From assembly GCA_045542075.1 (NCBI GenBank), contig JAZQKI010000042.1, positions 19,114 to 83,113 of the forward strand: a stretch of DNA of 64,000 nt, written 5' to 3'. This stretch comes from Eubacteriales bacterium. GTDB lineage: Bacteria; Bacillota; Clostridia; Oscillospirales; CAG-272. The notes beneath the pieces are model-generated. The model was not told the DNA's origin. It worked only from the letters and a program-made list of their open reading frames with translations, and searched no databases. The position numbers and the translations under genes were made by a program. Shown here in pieces: positions 56,895 through 64,000 of this stretch. The first letter of the stretch is position 1, and the number at the start of each line of letters is the position of its first letter.

Positions 56895-59800
56895 TTATGC
56901 TACTGTGGGTGTGAGGGTTATCTCTCCACCCGAATTGTTTATGATCGCAAAATAGTTGGGCTCGGTGTACTCTATCGCTCCCGGCTGGGACGCGAATTTA
57001 ATTTTAATAACACCGCTTGCATTTGCACTATAGGTCTGACCGTTGTATATGACTGTCACGCCCTTTGCATTGTTGATAGTCATAGTCATTCCTGCGGAAC
57101 GGGGATACGAACAATATATTGTCGCTCCCGACGCTACGGTGACCGATCCTCCCTCAAGAGGGACATTATAGGGATGGTCCTCGTCTCTGCCGTCATAAAC
57201 AAAATCCGCCGCATTCGCTATCTCTATTGTACATTCAAAGCCGTACAGTCCCGATTCCTCTCCGACAAGGAACGCTTCATCATTGATAAAGCCCTCGGGA
57301 AGATTTTTTATTCTTATAGTAACCGTGGAGGATACCTTGGTTATCAGTCCAACAAAGCCTTTGCTGTTCGTTGTCTTTACTGCAAAGGGCTCTTCAGCCT
57401 CTGAGGAAGCATAGAACTCTATGGTAACACCCGCCAAGGGCTTTCTGTTTGAGGCGTCTACAAACGTGAGCTTGAACGCGCTTTCAGGCTTAATATATCC
57501 GCAAACTGTGCATATGTAGCTCGCATTATACTCATGTCCGAGCGCGGGTACTACCTCATATCCGCAGGCGGTACATGTCTGAGCCGTTGTACAGGTCGCC
57601 TCCTGAGCTCCGGGTGTGTGGGGCTTGAATTCCTCAAGGACTTCATAGCACACAATACACATTTTTCTGTACGCGCAGCTGGACTCCTCACGATTGGGGG
57701 TGTGTCCTGTGGCAGCTGCGATAACTGTATTACATACCGTGCATATCTGATCCTCGGTACAAGTGGGTGTTTTCTTATCAGGCGCGTGCTTTCCTGTCGC
57801 GGCTACAAGCACTTCCTTGCATACGGTACATATCTGATCATCAATACACGTTGCCGCGGGACCGGGTGTATGTTTTGCGGCTACAAGCACTTCCTTACAT
57901 ACTGTACAAATCTGATCTGTGGTACAGGTTGCGGCATCGCCCGGGGTATGTCCCAGAGCGGCTACAATAACTGCTTTACATACCGTACACTTCTGTGCCT
58001 CGGTACAAGTCGCCTCGTCGCCGGGTGTGTGGGGCTTCTTTTCGACTGCTCTGCTCTGAGTCACCGCGCCGCAGTCTGCGCATATAAGACCCTCTGTTCC
58101 CTCTTCAGCGCAGGTCGATTCCTTTGTAACCTTCCATTCAACCGTCTCGTGACTGCATCCAAATCCGCATGTACACCAGCCGTTACTGTCAAGGCTGTGT
58201 GCCTCGGGCTGACTTGTGACATCGGGGCATTTTGTGCAGATCTGCCAGTGAGAGTTCTCATCATACTGATACGCATCCGACCAATCATGACCAAGAGCGT
58301 CTATTGTTTCCTGCTCCTTTATAATGGTGCCGCAGACTGAGCATTTCTCTCCGTCCGTAAGACCCGTATTTACACAATCGGGTGCTTTACCCACTACTGT
58401 TTCGGGAGTATGAGGCAGAGCTTCAAGTGTCTCCTGCGCTACTATGATCTCTCCGCAAACCGAGCATTTGATGCCCGAGGTAAGTCCTGTATTTGAACAG
58501 GTTGCTTGAACTGCGGGTATTTCTTCCTCCGTGTGAGTCGTATATCTTTCACTTCCACACTTATTACAGATAGCGGCACACTCGTTATCATACGTATGTT
58601 CACAGGTAAATCTGTCGGGAAGTGTTGTGATCTCGGTGTCAAAGCTTGCCGTAAAGCTTACGGGCTTTGTTGCATTGTCAAACAAATTCAAGGTTTCTAT
58701 ATAAACGTCAACCTTATCCCCCGCTGACAAAAATACATACGGAAGCGGATTGTATTGGTCATCCTGTACCATTATTCCGTTTACATGTATAATTATTGCC
58801 GCATCCAGGCTGTCTATCCAGAAAAATCCGCTTTCGGACGCGTCAAAGACGTAGCAATATCTGCTTATTCCGGGGTCCGCAAGCGACGTTCCGATAATAA
58901 ATTCGGGAGTTACTGTTTCCTCTCCAAGTGATACCTCAAAGGGATTTGATTCAGATCCGAGGACGTCATTTGCGTCAATTATTGAAAGCTTTATGCTGAC
59001 GTTTGAACTGCCTGAATTTACAATTGCAAAATCGTTGGGAATTGAGTAATAAATATCAACGGGATTTCCGTTTTCATCAAGCTGGGCATCAAACTGTACG
59101 GTTATTTCTCCGCTATCGGACAAATATTCAACGCCGTTATAAATAACCTTAAGAGTTCCCGTTAAATCAGTAATTTTCAAAACAAAGCCGGGCGTTCTGG
59201 GCGCTCTGCAATAAAGAGTTTTATGAGCCTCGACTGTGATGACGTCTCTGTTCTGAACTATAAGGGGAGTTTCTGCTCTTGAGCCGTTTGCCTCGTAGTC
59301 AGCGGGATCAGCGATCGTAATCGTTATTTCATGCTGATTACTGTCAAGCAAATACGAATCGTTATTAGGATATTTTGCGGGAAGCCCTGAAAGGACCACG
59401 GTATATGACCTCTCCGCCGCCCAAACGGACGCAACACCGTCAGCATCCGTCACACCTGTATTTACAAGATTTCCCGACGAGGTATAAAACTCAACCGTAA
59501 CTCCTACGATCGCCTGCTCTGTGAACTGGTCAAGAATAGTTATTTTATATTCAACTGCCACCTCAACGGTAAATTCAACCTTGGTTTCATTCTCAAAGGC
59601 AAGCTCTTCGTCCTCAAAAACGTATCCCTCTGCCTCTACTATCCTTGCGGTGTAGCCGTCCGATTCTTCAAGCTCTGCTGTAAACTTGCCCTTGGAATTA
59701 GTATTTCCCGACGCTACGCAGGTCTCACCCTGATATATTTCAACCACAGCGCCTGACACCTTATTGCCGTCAAAATCCTCAACCGTGACAGTATACGTCA

Positions 59801-60026
59801 CCTTTGTCACGGGCGGTTCAGTGGGCTTTTCGGTAGGATTCTCTGTAGGAGTTTCCGTGGGAGTTTCCGTAGGTGCTCCGCTTGGCGCCTCGGTGGGAGT
59901 GCTATCTGTGTTCTCCGTGGGTGTTTTTGTGGGTGTTTCATTTCTGTCACATGATACTGCGAAGATCAGGGTTGCAAGTGCAATACAGACACACAGTATC
60001 AGCGATATTATTCTTTTCAAATTCAT
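56895..60026 (-). CDS. Giant surface lipoprotein: PT linker, Ig-like domains, PPC-like beta-sandwiches and about 10 Cys3-His repeats
   Basis: Lipobox FAVSC and a TPTE linker. The N-terminal domain is paralogous to those at 38204 and 60153 (YTVTVEDFDGNKVSGAVVEIYQGETC...). The central array includes HTPGDEATCTEAQKCTVCKAVIVAALGHTPGDAATCTTDQICTVCKEVLVAAKHTPGPAATCIDDQICTVC... Confidence 0.8.
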   Translation of the reverse strand: MNLKRIISLILCVCIALATLIFAVSCDRNETPTKTPTENTDSTPTEAPSGAPTETPTETPTENPTEKPTEPPVTKVTYTVTVEDFDGNKVSGAVVEIYQGETCVASGNTNSKGKFTAELEESDGYTARIVEAEGYVFEDEELAFENETKVEFTVEVAVEYKITILDQFTEQAIVGVTVEFYTSSGNLVNTGVTDADGVASVWAAERSYTVVLSGLPAKYPNNDSYLLDSNQHEITITIADPADYEANGSRAETPLIVQNRDVITVEAHKTLYCRAPRTPGFVLKITDLTGTLKVIYNGVEYLSDSGEITVQFDAQLDENGNPVDIYYSIPNDFAIVNSGSSNVSIKLSIIDANDVLGSESNPFEVSLGEETVTPEFIIGTSLADPGISRYCYVFDASESGFFWIDSLDAAIIIHVNGIMVQDDQYNPLPYVFLSAGDKVDVYIETLNLFDNATKPVSFTASFDTEITTLPDRFTCEHTYDNECAAICNKCGSERYTTHTEEEIPAVQATCSNTGLTSGIKCSVCGEIIVAQETLEALPHTPETVVGKAPDCVNTGLTDGEKCSVCGTIIKEQETIDALGHDWSDAYQYDENSHWQICTKCPDVTSQPEAHSLDSNGWCTCGFGCSHETVEWKVTKESTCAEEGTEGLICADCGAVTQSRAVEKKPHTPGDEATCTEAQKCTVCKAVIVAALGHTPGDAATCTTDQICTVCKEVLVAAKHTPGPAATCIDDQICTVCKEVLVAATGKHAPDKKTPTCTEDQICTVCNTVIAAATGHTPNREESSCAYRKMCIVCYEVLEEFKPHTPGAQEATCTTAQTCTACGYEVVPALGHEYNASYICTVCGYIKPESAFKLTFVDASNRKPLAGVTIEFYASSEAEEPFAVKTTNSKGFVGLITKVSSTVTIRIKNLPEGFINDEAFLVGEESGLYGFECTIEIANAADFVYDGRDEDHPYNVPLEGGSVTVASGATIYCSYPRSAGMTMTINNAKGVTVIYNGQTYSANASGVIKIKFASQPGAIEYTEPNYFAIINNSGGEITLTPTVA
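57490..58615 (-). repeat. Coding array of Cys3-His repeat units (long form C-x9-C-x2-CG; short form TC-x5-C-x2-C; each followed by GH/PH)
   Basis: About 10 units are visible in the translation. Near-identical 41-mers at 57799-57839 and 57877-57917 (78-bp period) show recent unit duplication. Confidence 0.7.
59811..59936 (-). repeat. PT(E) linker-coding short tandem repeat
   Basis: Encodes TPTKTPTENTDSTPTEAPSGAPTETPTETPTENPTEKPTEPP. Confidence 0.8.
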
Positions 60027-60109
60027 AGTCGCAAGACCTCCGTTTTCGGATAGATAAGTATATTATATCATTTGAATTTATTTATTGCAATAGGTTTTAA
60101 TTTTTGTTT

Positions 60110-60146
60110 ACAAAAAACAGCGTTCTGAAATCAAAACGCTGTTTTT
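60110..60146 (-). terminator. Intrinsic terminator downstream of the 60153 lipoprotein gene
   Basis: Stem cagcgtt/aacgctg, extended by A:T pairs, followed by a T6 run on the minus strand. Confidence 0.6.
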
Positions 60147-60152
60147 GTGCAT

Positions 60153-61829
60153 TTATTCTGCGTATTCGTAAGAATACGTGACTTCAAGCTCACCCTCAAG
60201 GCTTTCGCTTGCATTTATGGTAAAGCTCTTATCCTGTGTGACATTGATGACTATCTTTCCGTTCTCGTCAGGGGTATAGGTCTCTCCGCCATAAGTCACG
60301 GTTATTCCCTCGCCCGCATTTACGGTAAGAGTCACGTTTACTGCTTCCTTTTCATTGATCTTGAAGTAAACCGTATCAGCCGCTCCGACAAGTGAGGTCG
60401 AGCCCTCGGGGTTTATCTTAAGCGCGCCGTCCGCATTTGTGCCTGTGTCCTTTACCTCGACCGTGCAAGCGGCAAAGAGCCAAGCATTCTTCACGGGAGG
60501 CTTTTCAACCCCGTATATATCATACAGGTTGTTTTCGGATTCGTAATTCCACCAGCCTGCATGCTCACCGTGCTGCTTAATGATATACTCAAGCATCTCG
60601 TCAAGAGGATATATTCCCGATGCGTCCGCAGCCTCCGCATATTTCTCAATTATCTCGTTATAGCTTTCCTTTTTCAAGGGATTGCCGTCCTCATCAGAGA
60701 AATAACGGCACATTCTTCCTGTCTCGATTATGGTTGCAAAAGACGCCATATTGGGCTTTTGTAATCCGCTTTCCTCATCGGTATAGAAGCCAAAGTAATC
60801 TACGTTTGCAAAAATACGCACGTAAATTATAGGTCCGTTTGCGTCTCCAAGGTGATAAAATCCGTCATCACCGAGAACCAACGTAAGATCCTCATCCATA
60901 AGGTCAAGATTGTTGAGAGTCACAGTCTTATTCTGATACGTGAGACGGTGCTCCGCAAGCTCTCCGTTAAGGCTGGGTATTTCCCATGCAATATCCGCAA
61001 ACGTAAGGGGCATATCCGCAACTCTTTCAATAACCAGCACTGCGTCCTTTGCGGATCCGTCCGTGGTGAGTCCTATAACGCACACAACACTGCTATCGGC
61101 ACCTATACTTGACTTATGTATGGGATACTCGACAGTATTGTCGACGACGTCAAGAAGCGAGTTAGGAAATACTGTCAGCACGCTTCCGCCGTAATATCCG
61201 ACCGTGACCTCCTTATCGGAGATAACGCTGATCTTATATATTCCGTCTCTCTGGGGCTTGAAGATAAAGAAGGATCTCTCACCCTCGTACTCGCTTGAGG
61301 TAACTCCGCGGAGCTTTACATACGTTGCGCCCTCATTTACGTATCCTGCGCCGTATTCGCTTGCGTAAAAGTCCTTGTTGGTATTTGTAACTCTGCTGTA
61401 AACAGAAATTGTAGCCTGGTTATTTTCTGCTGTAAGGGTGCATTCCTCCTCAAACTCATAGCCGTCCGCAGACGTAATGTCAAAGCTCAGATCATACTCG
61501 CCGGCAACAGCCTCAAAGGACGCTTTGCCCTGTGTCACAACAGCGGCAACCGCACCGTCGGAAAACGTAACTACACCCGAGAAATCTGTCATTGTATTTC
61601 CCTTGTAATCAACAAATTCTACCGAATAAGCTATCTTTTCATCAACCGGGGGCTGTGTTGTAGGCTTCTCTGTGGGAGTCTCCGTGGGCTTTTCGGTAGG
61701 GGCCTCAGTAGGTGTGCTTGTGGGTTGAATTGTGGGAGTTTCATTCTTATCGTCACAAGCGACAAGAGCAATCACGCACGTAAGCATCAGTGCAATTGCA
61801 ATTATACTGAGATATCTTCTTGATTTCAT
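60153..61829 (-). CDS. Surface lipoprotein paralogue (PT linker, Ig-like domain, PPC-like domains, one DG-x-YH module)
   Basis: Lipobox ALVAC and a TPTE linker. N-terminal domain YSVEFVDYKGNTMTDFSGVV... Module LVLGDDGFYHLGDANGPIIYV...LDEMLEYIIKQHG...NAWLFAC is shared with the next gene. Confidence 0.75.
   Translation of the reverse strand: MKSRRYLSIIAIALMLTCVIALVACDDKNETPTIQPTSTPTEAPTEKPTETPTEKPTTQPPVDEKIAYSVEFVDYKGNTMTDFSGVVTFSDGAVAAVVTQGKASFEAVAGEYDLSFDITSADGYEFEEECTLTAENNQATISVYSRVTNTNKDFYASEYGAGYVNEGATYVKLRGVTSSEYEGERSFFIFKPQRDGIYKISVISDKEVTVGYYGGSVLTVFPNSLLDVVDNTVEYPIHKSSIGADSSVVCVIGLTTDGSAKDAVLVIERVADMPLTFADIAWEIPSLNGELAEHRLTYQNKTVTLNNLDLMDEDLTLVLGDDGFYHLGDANGPIIYVRIFANVDYFGFYTDEESGLQKPNMASFATIIETGRMCRYFSDEDGNPLKKESYNEIIEKYAEAADASGIYPLDEMLEYIIKQHGEHAGWWNYESENNLYDIYGVEKPPVKNAWLFAACTVEVKDTGTNADGALKINPEGSTSLVGAADTVYFKINEKEAVNVTLTVNAGEGITVTYGGETYTPDENGKIVINVTQDKSFTINASESLEGELEVTYSYEYAE
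61647..61739 (-). repeat. PT(E) linker-coding short tandem repeat
   Basis: Encodes TPTIQPTSTPTEAPTEKPTETPTEKPTTQPP. Confidence 0.8.
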
Positions 61830-61853
61830 AATTATCTCCTTTTCTCAAAACTT

Positions 61854-61893
61854 CAAAACGTCGGTTCTTGCGAGAACCGCAAAAACCGACGTA
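61854..61893 (-). terminator. Possible terminator with two mutually exclusive stems
   Basis: The minus-strand RNA is ACGUCGGUU-uuug-CGGUUCU-cgca-AGAACCGACGU-UUUG. The 3' arm can pair with either upstream segment. It is followed by UUUUgaagUUUU. Confidence 0.4.
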
Positions 61894-61902
61894 GATGATC
61901 AA

Positions 61903-64000
61903 TTATTCTGCGGCTACGGTAGGTCCATAGTGCTTGTAATAGAAGCAAAGCTTTGTCCAGCTATGCTCAACACCCTCGAGGGAATATCTGTCCATAAACA
62001 TCTGAAGAATTTCTGCAAGCTCCTCGGTCATCTCGATACAACCGTTGAGCTCTTCATTCTCGTTATTGGTAATTACCTGATCAAGATATGCCTGCATTTG
62101 CTCGGTGTAATCACCTGCGCCGTGGTAAATACCGTTTTTTACCTCCTCGATAAGCTCGACTCTTTGAGCGTAGAGGTATTCGCCCCAAGCCTCCTTGAAG
62201 CCCTGAGCCTCATCAATGCCCGCAGCCTCGAATTCCTCAATAAAGCCCTCTATCTCAACATCAAGAGAGGTTTTGTCAAAGTTGAAGCCGTCAAGCTTAA
62301 TCGCATCCTCAATGGAATGGCTGAACAGACCTGTACGCGTCCAGAAATCAGCATAGAGCACAGGGCCCTGCGTGCCGTCCTCGTTCTTTACGTAATACTT
62401 GCCGTCAACGAGCATTACGTCAACACCTGTTGCCTCGGGAGTTGCGCCGTAGTCTATCTCTCCGTCACCGTCATCGGGCATTGTGAAGGGCCCGGGGGAT
62501 GCGTGAGTAAATATGTCGGCAACATCGCCTTCTCTTTCAATTCTGAAGGTAAAGGATCCGGACGCATATATATCATAGTATGCGAGGTCCATATAACAGG
62601 TTTCGCCTGCTTTTATATACACAAGCATGGAAACATTCTTGGTATCCTGCCACATCTTTTCAGCATGCTCGTAGGTATAGATAAGCTCGTGATTTTCATC
62701 AAACAACCAAGCGTCAATAGCATAATCAACGCCGTCCACTATTCCCTCTGCCGTGCTGTACGAGGTAATGCGGTATACGCCCGACTCCTCGGGGGTAAAC
62801 GCATAGAGATAACCTCTTGGCATTACTATCTGGGTATAGGTCACCTCGTTTGCAATATCAAGCTTTGCTTCAAACGCGGAGAAAATCGCAAGTCCCTTTA
62901 TGGGGTCCATCATTTGCTCGCCGTTTGTGCCGTATGCATCATAGTAAACGCACATCTGAAGCCACTCGTTCGGGTTGTCTGCCTCGGTACCGACCGCCTC
63001 GCAAACTATCTCAAGAAGCTCGCGGAGCTCCTCATTTACACTACAATAGCCGTACATTCTGGAGTTTACAGAATAGTTGGAATACTCCTCAAACTGATCA
63101 ACGTAATCAATGCCGTTGAGCTTGATAAGACCGTTATAAGCCATCATCCATACGGACATGGTATTGCTGAATCGGGTGTATCCCATAAGGTTAGCAAGAA
63201 GGATAGGTCCGTCCGCCGTACCTACGTGGTAGTAGCCGTCCTCACCGAGAACAACCTCAACGTAGCTGTTGTAGCCTGAGCCAAGATCATTGAAATCGTT
63301 TGCGGCGTGTCTGAAAATATAGGTCTCCTTGTCTATTTCACTTGCGTCAACGATCCTGAGATCCTTGATATACATAGTATCGTCGCCAACGTCAGAACCG
63401 GAATCCTTTATATAGCAGAGCGCAAGCTCGTACGTGCCGTCTTCAAGAGCTACATAAGGATATACTGTGTCCCAATCGTCTCCGTCGCCCGAAAGCTGAT
63501 ACATATCCTGTCTGTCAACAAGAATATAAAGAATATCTGCTCCAAGCTCGGTAGAAGCCCAGTAATCAAAGGCTATTGCCTGTCCTGCCTTGAGCTCTAC
63601 GTCAGCATAAATTATAGAATACGTGGAATGCTTGAACGCGTTTGAGGTTTTAATGCAAGTCTCTCCGTTCTTTTCGCCGATTATAAAGGGCCAAGCGTAT
63701 TCCGCATCCTCGGGATTAGCCTCTCCGCGGTATGTGACACTTATATCGCCCTTGTTAAGCACCGCGCCTATCTCCTCGGATGAAGGCATTGAAACGTTTG
63801 GCTTGGCAACGGGAGTAAGAATAGAGGGGTCAGATATAAGCTGCTGCTGATAATCATCACCTGTGAAATAATCAAATATTGCCTGGAACTGATGCGCGGA
63901 CATAGCGCCCTCAATAACAAAGCAAATAACTCCATATCTGTCAACAACAATTGACGTGGGCGCGCCCGAGGGATTGAAGTTTGCGATAATTCCCTGGTCA
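61903..64000 (-). CDS. Large exported protein, 5' end outside the window: ResA/TlpA-like domain tail, beta-sandwich, two DG-x-YH modules and a PPC-like domain
   Basis: The frame stays open upstream of the listed Met at 63903 to base 64000 (DQGIIANFNPSGAPTSIVVDRYGVICFVIEGAMSAHQFQAIFDYF). This resembles the C-terminal strands and helix of ResA/TlpA thioredoxin folds. The modules VVLGEDGYYHVGTADGPILLA...NEWLQMCVYY and VMLVDGKYYVKNEDGTQGPVLYA...HSWTKLCFYY are internal repeats. Confidence 0.75.
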   Translation of the reverse strand, partial: DQGIIANFNPSGAPTSIVVDRYGVICFVIEGAMSAHQFQAIFDYFTGDDYQQQLISDPSILTPVAKPNVSMPSSEEIGAVLNKGDISVTYRGEANPEDAEYAWPFIIGEKNGETCIKTSNAFKHSTYSIIYADVELKAGQAIAFDYWASTELGADILYILVDRQDMYQLSGDGDDWDTVYPYVALEDGTYELALCYIKDSGSDVGDDTMYIKDLRIVDASEIDKETYIFRHAANDFNDLGSGYNSYVEVVLGEDGYYHVGTADGPILLANLMGYTRFSNTMSVWMMAYNGLIKLNGIDYVDQFEEYSNYSVNSRMYGYCSVNEELRELLEIVCEAVGTEADNPNEWLQMCVYYDAYGTNGEQMMDPIKGLAIFSAFEAKLDIANEVTYTQIVMPRGYLYAFTPEESGVYRITSYSTAEGIVDGVDYAIDAWLFDENHELIYTYEHAEKMWQDTKNVSMLVYIKAGETCYMDLAYYDIYASGSFTFRIEREGDVADIFTHASPGPFTMPDDGDGEIDYGATPEATGVDVMLVDGKYYVKNEDGTQGPVLYADFWTRTGLFSHSIEDAIKLDGFNFDKTSLDVEIEGFIEEFEAAGIDEAQGFKEAWGEYLYAQRVELIEEVKNGIYHGAGDYTEQMQAYLDQVITNNENEELNGCIEMTEELAEILQMFMDRYSLEGVEHSWTKLCFYYKHYGPTVAAE

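Noticed and set aside
1-64000. Searched by eye for tRNA/rRNA genes, CRISPR arrays, IS elements, integrases, toxin-antitoxin pairs and known phage-defence genes.
   Set aside because: None were found. All intergenic regions are under 280 bp, AT-rich, and accounted for by promoters and terminators. No transposase, recombinase or nuclease-helicase signatures appear in any frame.

Overview
The window reads as a chromosomal segment of an anaerobic, spore-forming Firmicute (Clostridia-like). This rests on ylmC, a SpoVB-like flippase, the truA-ecfT-ecfA-ecfA block, class III RNR, rubredoxin and a GTP-type PEPCK. About 50 protein genes are densely packed, mostly on the minus strand. I saw no rRNA, tRNA, CRISPR, transposase or integrase. 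Four parts stand out from the housekeeping genes (typA, tsf, rpsB, truA, ruvCAB, lexA, tadA, hom, cysK, rarA, clpE). (1) A thiol-redox block at 3.4-10 kb: trxA, a mini FTR-catalytic-like protein, sufC/sufBD, a trxB homologue lacking the NADPH HRRxxxR motif, nrdD fused to a glutaredoxin-like domain behind tandem NrdR boxes, and nrdG directly behind lexA. (2) A P-type-ATPase homologue in which every catalytic motif is degenerate (17.5-20.3 kb). (3) A 1.23-kb AT-rich insertion flanked by a duplicated rarA 3' end (50.6-51.9 kb). (4) The most interesting part is an accessory locus at 54.1-64.0 kb, with relatives at 1-1.4 kb and 38.2-40.5 kb. It encodes a multi-TM CxxC protein, a polyferredoxin-TM-LRR-thioredoxin fusion, three paralogous PT-linker lipoproteins (one with about 10 Cys3-His repeats) and a further protein that seems to start with a ResA/TlpA-like domain outside the window. 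I read this as a candidate, undescribed extracytoplasmic thiol-redox and Cys-rich surface-protein system. All calls come from reading the supplied translations and DNA by eye. No database search was run, and motif coordinates may be off by 1-2 nt.
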